Shown here piece by piece: positions 1 to 7,926 of a stretch of 64,000 nt of DNA; the stretch's first letter is position 1, and the number at the start of each line of letters is the position of its first letter. Origin of the DNA: a virus (taxonomy: Duplodnaviria > Caudoviricetes). Below the pieces are notes generated by a model. It saw nothing but the letters and a program-made list of their open reading frames with translations, had not been told where the DNA came from and did not search any database. The stretch lies in the IMG/VR virus record IMGVR_UViG_3300033067_000616, positions 150-64,149 of that record. One strand, written 5' to 3'. The position numbers and the translations under genes were made by a program.

Positions 1-28
1 TGATACGCCTATATAAATGCCGATCATC

Positions 29-295
29 TTACCAGAGAGCTAAAATGTTTGTAGCCGTAGTGTTTGTAGCAAATACTCTGGTCACCTGAACAGGTATAAA
101 TGTTCCAGCTAACACGTTATTAAACACCACGTCGTCACCACCGGCTGTTAACACTCGAATATTACCAGCTCCCCCAATATAAAGGACGCAAGGCCATGAT
201 GGAGTTGTACCATCACCACCAATGTATGGTATGTCTACAGTATTACTTGGTGTAACTAATGCAGCTCGTTCTACTTGTAATTTTTGATATGCCAT
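29..295 (-). CDS. Hypothetical protein, probably a small virion/decoration protein
   Basis: 88-aa beta-rich ORF at the distal end of the late (-) operon. Confidence 0.5.
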   Translation of the reverse strand: MAYQKLQVERAALVTPSNTVDIPYIGGDGTTPSWPCVLYIGGAGNIRVLTAGGDDVVFNNVLAGTFIPVQVTRVFATNTTATNILALW

Positions 296-298
296 GTC

Positions 299-559
299 TT
301 ATTTTTTTACTGACCGACCGTTCGCTCCATTGCGCGCCCGGTTGGTACTTGGGTTTTCTTTTACAAATTTACCACTTTTTGTGGAACTCATGTCAGGGCC
401 ACCCTTGCCGTCGATGCCATTGGCGCGACGAGCTTTTGTGTGTTCAGCCCGGTATTTCTTGCGCTCCTCAGTAGAGTTCAACTCGCGCTGATACTCACGC
501 CTCTTCTCCGCTGCCTTCGGATTGGCCGCGTAATACTTCGATGTCTTGCTTTGTCCCAT
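299..559 (-). CDS. Small basic protein, possibly a degenerate HNH-like fold
   Basis: K/R-rich, ends in D-x-S...NRARN; the His expected at 'SH' is absent (DMSST). Confidence 0.45.
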   Translation of the reverse strand: MGQSKTSKYYAANPKAAEKRREYQRELNSTEERKKYRAEHTKARRANGIDGKGGPDMSSTKSGKFVKENPSTNRARNGANGRSVKK

Positions 560-707
560 AGAACATTTTATTTATTAATAGATCAGGATTATTCCAAGCT
601 TCTTGTCTCTCAGCACATCCACAGTTCTCAGTCTTCTCAATGCCAATAGCAGAAGCCACTGCAGCGACAGTGTCACCAAATCCCTTATGACGTTTGAGAA
701 TAATCAT
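495..707 (-). CDS. Hypothetical protein (GDTVA...CGCAERQ type)
   Basis: ORF track; CGC motif typical of a small conserved phage protein family. Confidence 0.45.
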   Translation of the reverse strand: MIILKRHKGFGDTVAAVASAIGIEKTENCGCAERQEAWNNPDLLINKMFYGTKQDIEVLRGQSEGSGEEA

Positions 708-735
708 TTTTTACCTTTCAATATAATCAATCACT

Positions 736-1095
736 CTACCACTTCACGGTAGAACTCCACCAAGCAGCCGACATTTTACCTTTGGCAATATTCTTAGCGT
801 GACGAGCTTTAAAGCTTTCTCTTCTTTTTCTATCAGAATCAGACTCTCCACTTTTTCTTGGAGATCCTTTAACATTTTGCTGACCAAAACGAATCAACTT
901 CACCTGATCACCTTCTTTGGCGACAACGACATGACTCTTAGTCGGGTGACTAGGAGTGCGTTTGGGATGATTATAGCCACTAACGCCCGCTTTTTCTAGT
1001 CTTGGATCCTTTGCCATCTTTTGCTGTTTTAGCGGCCTCTTTGAAAGCTTGAGCTGTAGGAGCTCCTTTCTGGCCAGGTTTACGCATCTTTTCAC
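736..1095 (-). CDS. Basic conserved phage protein (DUF6321-like); true start probably the internal MAKDPRL
   Basis: KDPRL..GVSGYN.PKRTP.HPTKSHVVVAK.G..VKLIRFGQQ...SFKARH motif. Confidence 0.55.
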   Translation of the reverse strand: MKRCVNLARKELLQLKLSKRPLKQQKMAKDPRLEKAGVSGYNHPKRTPSHPTKSHVVVAKEGDQVKLIRFGQQNVKGSPRKSGESDSDRKRRESFKARHAKNIAKGKMSAAWWSSTVKW

Positions 1096-1156
1096 CAGAG
1101 CCCTCTTTAATGCGCTCTCTTTTTGCGTGAATGTTGCTATATAGTCCCATTATCAA

Positions 1157-1174
1157 TATATTTGTACAAATATA
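1157..1174. promoter_or_regulatory. Perfect 18-bp palindrome carrying back-to-back TAnnTTTG (Bacteroidota -7) elements
   Basis: tatatttgtacaaatata is self-complementary and lies between divergent ORFs 736..1095(-) and 1175..1669(+). Confidence 0.55.
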
Positions 1175-1669
1175 ATGAAAATCAAACGAAGATATAAAAA
1201 AGATAAGGCCTATGAACGTAGACCTTTAACTTACGACTTTTTGGCCGAATGGGCGATCGTTCGTAAGTGGGCTAAGATTAACTATGATCTTAGTACTGCA
1301 GATTTAGAGATGCTGCTCTTCTTACATAAACAAAAATTATTCACAAGGGCAGACTTTGCAGAATATGCCAACTTTATGTCATGGGATAGAGATCGTTTTG
1401 AGAGACTTCTCAGAGAGGATTGGATTTATATATGGCGTAAACGTGGGTTTGGAGAAGCCAATATGTATGAGGTATCATTTAAGTGTAAGAAAATGATTAC
1501 GTCAATTTATAAGAAGTTAGTCGGATTAGAACCGATTCCAGTATCACCAAGACGCAATAAGGTCTTCAGACAGAACGCTCCATTCCATCAGAAGACCCTT
1601 GCTCACGCGATTAATAACTTTAACGACAGATTTAAAGAACGCAAACAACGTCCTTCTCCTGAATTATAG
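1175..1669 (+). CDS. Putative winged-helix DNA-binding protein/regulator, antisense to the late operon
   Basis: LSTADLEMLLFL...FTRADF...FERLLREDWI..wing pattern resembles a MarR-like wHTH. Confidence 0.45.
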   Translation: MKIKRRYKKDKAYERRPLTYDFLAEWAIVRKWAKINYDLSTADLEMLLFLHKQKLFTRADFAEYANFMSWDRDRFERLLREDWIYIWRKRGFGEANMYEVSFKCKKMITSIYKKLVGLEPIPVSPRRNKVFRQNAPFHQKTLAHAINNFNDRFKERKQRPSPEL

Positions 1670-1889
1670 TCATCCTTTCATTATCAAGGATGATGTCATG
1701 ACTTTGCACCTTGTCGTATAGGACTGTATCTCCATGTGCTATGCCTATAATATTATCGCCTACTTTGTAGACGATAGCCTTATGGTAACGCATGTCGTTT
1801 GAATCAGCACCGGTTAATAATAAACCGGTGCTAGTCTGCTTTTGCTCTCTTACTCGTTGAACGAGCAAGTATTTACTTAATACTCTCAT
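1632..1889 (-). CDS. groES: Co-chaperonin GroES (Cpn10)
   Basis: LLVQRV...TSTGLLL mobile loop, VYKVG, GDTVLY, I+.EKDV; directly downstream of GroEL. Confidence 0.85.
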   Translation of the reverse strand: MRVLSKYLLVQRVREQKQTSTGLLLTGADSNDMRYHKAIVYKVGDNIIGIAHGDTVLYDKVQSHDIILDNERMTIIQEKDVVCVL

Positions 1890-3441
1890 CTGCTCTGATA
1901 TTTGTAATAATTGCGTTTGTGCTCATTATTGTCGTCGCTACCGACACAGCGTTCAATAAGGCGTTCTTAGTGACCTTAGCCGGGTCAATGATACCAAGCT
2001 TAATCATGTCACCATACTGCTCTCCCTTGACGTCATAACCCTCATTAGGGAACGGCAGGATGCCGTCCATAATAAACTGAGCGTCCTTGCCAGCGTTGTC
2101 AAGTATCTGACGCATTGGAGACGTTAACGCTTTGTGCATGATCTGAGCCGATGCAGAGCTGAGGCCGGTTAAGTGGTTCTTGGCATACTCAAACAAAGCA
2201 ACACCGCCGCCAGGGAGAATACCCTCCTCTAGTGCTGCCTCAACTGCACACACAGCGTCGTCAATGCGGTCACGCTTCTCCTTCTGCTCAATGTCACTCA
2301 ACGCACCTACATAGATCACAGCAACACCACCAGACAAGTTGGCTACTCGCTCCTTGCGGTTGTCCATCTCCTCCTTAGTTATGCCATCGAATATGGTGTC
2401 GTTGATGTCGGCAATGCGATTATCAATAGCAGTTTGTGAACTGCTATAGGGCATAAAAATAGTACTATCCTTACCAACGATAACCTTAGCGCAACGACCA
2501 AGGTGAGCAACATCAATGAGCGACAAGTCGTCACCAGTGTCCTCACTGAAGTATGTACCGTCCAATGCGATTGCCAGATCTTCAAGCAAGTCCTTCTGAC
2601 GATACCCAAAGCTTGGAGGTAAAATGTTACACGCTTTTATTTTGCCCTGAGCAACGTTAATGTTCAATGTGTTTAATGCTGCTGGTGTCATCTCACCAAT
2701 GATGAGCAGAGGCTTATTGTTGGCTACTACATGTTGTAAGATACGCTCAATATTAAGCAAGTTATTGATTTCTTGGTCAGTGATTAAGACATATGGGTTC
2801 TCTAGAACACACTCTTGACGCTTGTAGTCAGTGATAAAGTGACGGCTAGTCCAACCTCTGTCAGCCTTAATACCCTTAATCACCTCGACATACGTGTTGT
2901 GGTCCTTACTGTTCTCAACAGACACCATCTTTACCTCACTAAACGCGTCAGCGATCATACCACCGATAGTGGTGTCATTGTTGGCACTGATTGAAGCCAC
3001 GTCTTTAAGCTTCTTGCCTGAAAGTTTCTTGGCTCGTTTCGACAGGTGGTTCACGACATCTGTCGTGATACTATTAATCTCACGGATTACCTCAGTTACG
3101 TTGTCAGCTTCAGACAGTATGTCTGTAGCTGCATCAACAATAGCCTCGGCAATGACAATTGACGTAGTGGTTCCATCACCAGCAACAGTGGCAGTCTTCT
3201 CAGCAGCCTGTCGCATCATCATAACAGCCAAATTTTCAACCGGATCATACAGATTGATCGACTTAGCGACCGTCACGCCGTCCTTTGTGACTGTAATACC
3301 ACCGACGTGATGTTCTGATTCAATCAACACAGTTCGGCCTCGCGCACCTAATGTGCTTTTTACAGCTCCAGCGATCGTTTTGATGCCTTTAATGAGCTTT
3401 TTGCGACCTTCGTCGCCTAAATGTACATGTTTTACTACCAT
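1873..3441 (-). CDS. groEL: Chaperonin GroEL (Cpn60)
   Basis: STLGARGR, VTKDGVTVAK, AGDGTTT, RVANLSGGVAV, EEGILPGGG, GIIDPAKVT motifs; no GGM tail. Confidence 0.97.
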   Translation of the reverse strand: MVVKHVHLGDEGRKKLIKGIKTIAGAVKSTLGARGRTVLIESEHHVGGITVTKDGVTVAKSINLYDPVENLAVMMMRQAAEKTATVAGDGTTTSIVIAEAIVDAATDILSEADNVTEVIREINSITTDVVNHLSKRAKKLSGKKLKDVASISANNDTTIGGMIADAFSEVKMVSVENSKDHNTYVEVIKGIKADRGWTSRHFITDYKRQECVLENPYVLITDQEINNLLNIERILQHVVANNKPLLIIGEMTPAALNTLNINVAQGKIKACNILPPSFGYRQKDLLEDLAIALDGTYFSEDTGDDLSLIDVAHLGRCAKVIVGKDSTIFMPYSSSQTAIDNRIADINDTIFDGITKEEMDNRKERVANLSGGVAVIYVGALSDIEQKEKRDRIDDAVCAVEAALEEGILPGGGVALFEYAKNHLTGLSSASAQIMHKALTSPMRQILDNAGKDAQFIMDGILPFPNEGYDVKGEQYGDMIKLGIIDPAKVTKNALLNAVSVATTIMSTNAIITNIRADESIK

Positions 3442-3466
3442 TTTATTAGATTTATTGCCAAAAATA

Positions 3467-3685
3467 CTACTTTTTTGGCAATCTAGAGAATGTTATGTTG
3501 CTTTTTACTCTTATATCTTTATGAGTAAACTGCCACATCTCCCCGCTTTCACTTAAAATGATAGTATAAATAGTATCAGTCTCATGACCATAGTCAGTAA
3601 CTAGCCAAATTGCACCGTCACCTCTTGGAGTGGTGACATCAATCCTGTTCGATGGTTCGAATATAGTAGGACTCATCCCTATCAA
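3467..3685 (-). CDS. Hypothetical protein
   Basis: 72-aa ORF, in operon between the transferase and GroEL. Confidence 0.55.
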   Translation of the reverse strand: MIGMSPTIFEPSNRIDVTTPRGDGAIWLVTDYGHETDTIYTIILSESGEMWQFTHKDIRVKSNITFSRLPKK

Positions 3686-4298
3686 TTAATTTATTATACA
3701 ATTCAGTGTCTCTAGACCATTCATGCCCAGTCCAAAACTCAAATCCATGGTAGTTTGCCTTATATCTGCAGCAATTTTCATAACCAGCCATTAAGTACAC
3801 ATAATTACAACCAAGCTCCTTGGCATATAAGCACTCAAACATCTGAGCAACTGTACCTAATGATAGTTTTGTATCACTATAGTCTGTTATAAACTGATAT
3901 GCCACAAACTCGCCTCCAAATATACGGTAAATACTAACCCCAATCAAGCGATCTGTATAATATTCAATGACATTGCAGTCACTATAGTCATAAATATCTC
4001 TTTTAAAGCCGTTATACTCGCAGTATTTTTCATACATCTCAGAGTAATCACCAAAAGTAGAATGCTTAACTGTTACCTTATTAGACAGTCTTTTGGTTGT
4101 TTTAGACGGCCTGTAGTCTTTTAGATCTATACGAGTGCTCCTCTCATTATACCACCTTCCTTTCCATGGTACCCATCCATTAGATAATGCAGATGACTCA
4201 GACTCATTAGGCTCTAATATACCGTATGCGCAATTAACAATCAGCTCGTAGTCACTGACCTTACCGAATCCATTTAAGTGATCGAAGTATATCTTCAT
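3639..4298 (-). CDS. ATE1/Bpt-like aminoacyl-tRNA--protein transferase
   Basis: GW...WY..RSTRI.L..Y.PSKT.KR (ATE N-part) and YY.D.LIGV...SLGT...E...AKELG.NYVYL..GY....YK (ATE C GNAT part). Confidence 0.7.
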   Translation of the reverse strand: MKIYFDHLNGFGKVSDYELIVNCAYGILEPNESESSALSNGWVPWKGRWYNERSTRIDLKDYRPSKTTKRLSNKVTVKHSTFGDYSEMYEKYCEYNGFKRDIYDYSDCNVIEYYTDRLIGVSIYRIFGGEFVAYQFITDYSDTKLSLGTVAQMFECLYAKELGCNYVYLMAGYENCCRYKANYHGFEFWTGHEWSRDTELYNKLIDRDESYYIRTIEQD

Positions 4299-4324
4299 AA
4301 AAAAAGCCCTCTCTTGGAGGGCTT
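4299..4324 (-). terminator. Rho-independent terminator
   Basis: aagccctc/gagggctt stem followed by a U-run on the - strand. Confidence 0.7.
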
Positions 4325-4327
4325 ATG

Positions 4328-5014
4328 TTAGTATTTTCTACCGAATCCTTTTAAAGTCTTGACTTGCTGCTTGATTGTATTTCGATTTGCAGCATTGTCT
4401 TGTGCAGCTCTATAACCTGTAGCCATCCCTGGCACATCAAGAGGATTATTTGACGCAGTGAACTTGGCAGCACTTCTGGCTTGACGAATGTCAGCAGTTG
4501 TGGCCTTAATGCCGGCAATGTTGCCCTCCTTAATGTACTGACGACGCTGACCTTTCATCTCATTTTTGTACTGATCAATGGCAGACTTCGGCTTTGCAAT
4601 GAAGCTCTCACCTAAATTGGTCTTAGATGCATAAGATGCAAACTGCTTTAACTGCTTGTTGGATACGCCACTGGTGTGTGGAACGATGTCACCAAACCAA
4701 CCCTCAGTCGTCTTTTTGGTTTCTTTTGGCTGTCTAAGCTTACCACTTGGAGCATTAAATGAAGCCTTCTTGGTTGCCATCTTAGCCATTGGTTCACTTG
4801 ACTCAAACATAGTAGGACGCTCTGGTTCTTTCGGAGCAGCCTCAAAGTTGTATGGGTTAATTGACCCACCACTTATATTATTGGCCTTATTCCAACGAGC
4901 AGTGTATTCAGCCTTGTCTTTGTCATAGGCAGACTTTGCTGTCAAGTAGTTACCATATGCCTTTTCTTTGGCGGCAAATTCAGACTTACTGATTCTTTTC
5001 TTAGGCGTTTGCAT
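4328..5014 (-). CDS. Hypothetical basic low-complexity protein
   Basis: 228-aa K/A-rich ORF. Confidence 0.6.
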   Translation of the reverse strand: MQTPKKRISKSEFAAKEKAYGNYLTAKSAYDKDKAEYTARWNKANNISGGSINPYNFEAAPKEPERPTMFESSEPMAKMATKKASFNAPSGKLRQPKETKKTTEGWFGDIVPHTSGVSNKQLKQFASYASKTNLGESFIAKPKSAIDQYKNEMKGQRRQYIKEGNIAGIKATTADIRQARSAAKFTASNNPLDVPGMATGYRAAQDNAANRNTIKQQVKTLKGFGRKY

Positions 5015-5135
5015 GTGTTATAGATATTTTAAAAATTAACAAATGTATGATCAATTCTGGAACCATGTCATCCTCTGCCGGTAGGTATTCAATACCAACC
5101 GATAGGCCGAGCGTTGGGTAGATGGTGATGATCAT
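5001..5135 (-). CDS. Small protein (44 aa) absent from the ORF track
   Basis: MIITIYPTLGLSVGIEYLPAEDDMVPELIIHLLIFKISITHANA; TAtaTTTG element ends 4 nt before the ATG. Confidence 0.55.
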   Translation of the reverse strand: MIITIYPTLGLSVGIEYLPAEDDMVPELIIHLLIFKISITHANA

Positions 5136-5184
5136 AGTGCAAATATACTAATTTTTAGATGTATAGAGGTGTTGGGTAATACCC

Positions 5185-5490
5185 CCATCTGACGCGAGCC
5201 GGGCCGAAAGGAAAACCGATCTGATTTCACCCCGGGGGGTCTGCTTTCCCAACTTTTCGGCCGGATTTTTTGGCTTTTTGGTAGGCCTGTCCGTTTGTCG
5301 TCAATACCAATACAGACGGCCTACAGGGCGCGCTGCCGTTTGACATTTCGCGCGCTAGGCCTGTCATATAATTAGCATTATGTTAAATAGAATGACATTC
5401 AGACCAATCGGCGCACCTGTCTGTCGGCCTATCTATCGGCCGGCCTGCCGTTACGTTTCGCGTGTTGGTTGCAGGCCTGAAGGGAGGGGG
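5185..5490. repeat. GC-rich non-coding block with six GGCCT repeats; candidate packaging/terminus region
   Basis: GGCCT at 5284, 5318, 5358, 5426, 5442, 5474; ccccgggggg; located at the divergence point of the two transcription arms. Confidence 0.4.
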
Positions 5491-5654
5491 TTACACCAAC
5501 TACAAAAAATAATACCAAAACCAATTTACCACACTTTGTGCCTTATACGTATCTAACTCGCTATAAATCAACACTTTACACGCAAGACAAACCTGTCTCT
5601 TATTTAGAATGATTATAAATTAGCATGAAAAGTGAAAATAATGTCAAAAAAGTA

Positions 5655-5684
5655 TTGACAATTTAAAAACTTGCCTTATATTTG
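5655..5684 (+). promoter_or_regulatory. Major early promoter (host sigma70-type, Bacteroidota)
   Basis: TTGACA (5655-5660), 16 nt, TATATTTG (5677-5684), with an AT-rich UP-like region upstream. Confidence 0.75.
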
Positions 5685-5690
5685 TATCAA

Positions 5691-6090
5691 GCAAACGAGC
5701 TAACAACGACACTTCTTACTAGCAAGCCTTCAGGCGTTACGATGACGAATCAGTATACTAAAGGTGACCGAAACGATAAAGCCTTACTAAGCCCCTTTCG
5801 AGGACACGGCCGCGGTAAGTCGGTTCAAAGGTAGGTCCGCTACACTAGCTCTAAGCTCAGTTCTTTGACATACGATACTATTTGAGGCCATAAGCGGTGC
5901 TGAGGCCAATACGATAGCACAAAGCTAGGACGAACCTAGGGCATGCGATACATTACTCAGGTGGTCGCATGTCGGAACCACAGCTCAGGCTGTAGGGAAT
6001 AAAAGAGGTCTAGCAGTTTCACGTGGCTAGAAAACATTAGGTGCAGTTAGAATGACTAATTAATGAGAGCAATACTCACTGCACCACAAA
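5691..6090 (+). ncRNA. Long, highly structured 5' leader RNA of the early operon
   Basis: No ORF; many stems: gagcta/tagctc, gcct-tca-ggc, cct-ttcg-agg, gtgct/agcac, ctagg/cctag, gcatgcga/tcgcatgt, acagc/gctgt, ctagc/gctag, ggtgcagt/actgcacc. Confidence 0.5.
5859..5870 (+). promoter_or_regulatory. boxA-like antitermination site
   Basis: AGTTCTTTGACA resembles rrn/nut boxA (TGCTCTTTAACA) and follows a closed multibranch structure. Confidence 0.55.
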
Positions 6091-6110
6091 CCAATTAACA
6101 CACAAACACA

Positions 6111-6221
6111 ATGGAAACTAGAGTAATTAGAATCGAAGGCCGTTATGAGATAATCGGCTTTTTTCAGGAAGGCGTACTAATCAAGACACGCAAATTATTA
6201 ATCCCATTCAGATACAGATGA
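6111..6221 (+). CDS. First early small protein (36 aa)
   Basis: METRVIRIEGRYEIIGFFQEGVLIKTRKLLIPFRYR; A-rich leader; ATGA overlap with the next ORF. Confidence 0.55.
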   Translation: METRVIRIEGRYEIIGFFQEGVLIKTRKLLIPFRYR

Positions 6222-6424
6222 CAACACTACAAACATTCAAAGCTATCATCAACGGGACGTTGGTGGTAGTTGACCAACTCAAAGGCAACAACGGACGTCA
6301 AGACATCCGCTACAAATTGCATCGCACACAATACACCAACAAAGGTGGTTATGTGGTTACTTATGATGAGGCCATCGTAAGTGCGGATGACTTTTGGAGA
6401 TTGCATCCACAGAAGGTTAACTGA
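6218..6424 (+). CDS. Early hypothetical protein
   Basis: 68-aa ORF; its stop TGA lies inside the hammerhead CUGAUGA core. Confidence 0.6.
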   Translation: MTTLQTFKAIINGTLVVVDQLKGNNGRQDIRYKLHRTQYTNKGGYVVTYDEAIVSADDFWRLHPQKVN

Positions 6425-6471
6425 TGAGCACTTCAATAGTCGAAACATGGGCTCCGGCCCATGTCTTAACC
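6415..6471 (+). ncRNA. Type I hammerhead ribozyme
   Basis: Stem I ggttaa/ttaacc; core CUGAUGA 6421-6427; stem II G-C plus act/agt; GAAA 6442-6445; stem III catggg/cccatg; GUC cleavage triplet 6463-6465. Confidence 0.88.
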
Positions 6472-6488
6472 AATTAAAACAAACAATC

Positions 6489-6611
6489 ATGAAAGCACTA
6501 ATCGTTATCGCAAAAGCCATCCAAATATGCATGGCAAGTTCAGTAGGCATTGCAATCGCATTCGCCTTGTACAAAGTAGCAACAGGTCAAACTTCAGGAA
6601 TGTCAATATGA
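6489..6611 (+). CDS. Small membrane peptide downstream of the hammerhead
   Basis: MKALIVIAKAIQICMASSVGIAIAFALYKVATGQTSGMSI; hydrophobic; A-rich leader. Confidence 0.55.
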   Translation: MKALIVIAKAIQICMASSVGIAIAFALYKVATGQTSGMSI

Positions 6612-6757
6612 ACTATAGAATCAAGTTCCTTAACAGATGGCTAAAGGTCATCTACGTCGACAAAACGTTTGTTGATGAGTCTCATTTTAATAACTACCTG
6701 AACTTCATGTTCGTAAACTACGGTTACGAATTAGATGAGGTTTGGAATAATAACTAG
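6608..6757 (+). CDS. Early hypothetical protein
   Basis: MNYRIKF... start overlaps the previous stop (ATGA). Confidence 0.5.
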   Translation: MNYRIKFLNRWLKVIYVDKTFVDESHFNNYLNFMFVNYGYELDEVWNNN

Positions 6758-6762
6758 AAATC

Positions 6763-7047
6763 ATGAAAAAATTTGCAAGAAGGTGTGATGCTACCGGTAA
6801 AGGCATCAACGAAGGTTATGTAGTAGGGGATGGCGAACTTTACTTCGCTGAAAAAGAACATTTATTAGAGCACCTAAGGGAACTTGATTGGGTAGATTGC
6901 AATGGCAACAAGTCAACCGATTGCGTAACTGATGACGCCTTAATGAAGTACTTCTACAACGAAGACTACTACTACTACACCGAATGGGAAGAATTAGACG
7001 ACGACGTATACTACGACGAAAACGGAAACGAGTATGAAACTGAATAA
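6763..7047 (+). CDS. Early hypothetical acidic protein
   Basis: 94-aa ORF (R.CD.TG.G+NEGY...DGE.YF type). Confidence 0.6.
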   Translation: MKKFARRCDATGKGINEGYVVGDGELYFAEKEHLLEHLRELDWVDCNGNKSTDCVTDDALMKYFYNEDYYYYTEWEELDDDVYYDENGNEYETE

Positions 7048-7200
7048 CAAACCAACAGTACTGATTGACGGGATGCAGTCAGTACTTACCGGGAAATATG
7101 AGTTAGTTGGTCAGGTAGCCGGGACATCAAACAAGTACATTGTGCGATGTCCTGATACCGGAGCACTACACATTGTTGAACTTAATTTAATTGATACACT

Positions 7201-7404
7201 ATGACACTTTACGAAGCATGCGCGATTGCTGAAGGATTCAGCGAGAACGAAGTAACAATCCAAGACCAATTAAATGCTTGGTCATTTTTAATCAAGACAA
7301 AGTCAGTAAACCAATTGCAAGGATGGTACGGAAGAACTGCCGCCCAATTGATCGACCAAGGAGTTTTTGACCAGTCAGGCAATATCACATACCATGAGCA
7401 GTAG
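7201..7404 (+). CDS. Early hypothetical protein
   Basis: 67-aa ORF with AW..LI......LQGWYGRTA..LI motif. Confidence 0.6.
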   Translation: MTLYEACAIAEGFSENEVTIQDQLNAWSFLIKTKSVNQLQGWYGRTAAQLIDQGVFDQSGNITYHEQ

Positions 7405-7533
7405 ATTAAAAGAATGGCTTGCCGATGGCAATGTCACAATCATCGATGGCTTCTACGCCACTCAATGCAGTCAATATACCAACCGATTGACCTTACGCCA
7501 ACTAGTAGCATATTTTATCAAAGAATACGGCTT

Positions 7534-7858
7534 ATGACGCTACAACCCTTGTAAATACTACGTTCATGACGAAATCTAATGATTTATGACAAAATAAAAT
7601 GACCGAAAAACGCTACAACCATTATTCTATATAGGTTTATGACAATATGACGAAAATTCAACCTTATACTAGAGAAATATATTATATATATAAATAGTAT
7701 AACTTATAAGTTATACTCTTTTTTTTATTTCTAATAAATAAGACTAAAAGTCGTCATTTCGTCATAAAGTCAATAGCAGTAATGGATACAGAAAATAATT
7801 TCGTCATATTTCCGTCATATTGTTAATAATTTCGTCATATATTAACAGGTTTCGTCAT
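7534..7858. repeat. Putative replication origin: inverted ATGAC(GAAA) iteron arrays around an AT-rich core
   Basis: 6 forward ATGAC (7534, 7566, 7586, 7599, 7639, 7647) and 6 reverse CGTCAT (7751-7858); perfect 22-bp palindrome 7696-7717. Confidence 0.65.
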
Positions 7859-7926
7859 GCTTTTCTGCCAAAAAACAAATTAATCAAAAAAAATAGTAGT
7901 ACTTTTATCGCATTAAAAGTTACACT

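Noticed and set aside
6930-6960. Second CTGATGA sequence
   Set aside because: Inside a CDS, with no GAAA or flanking stems for a hammerhead
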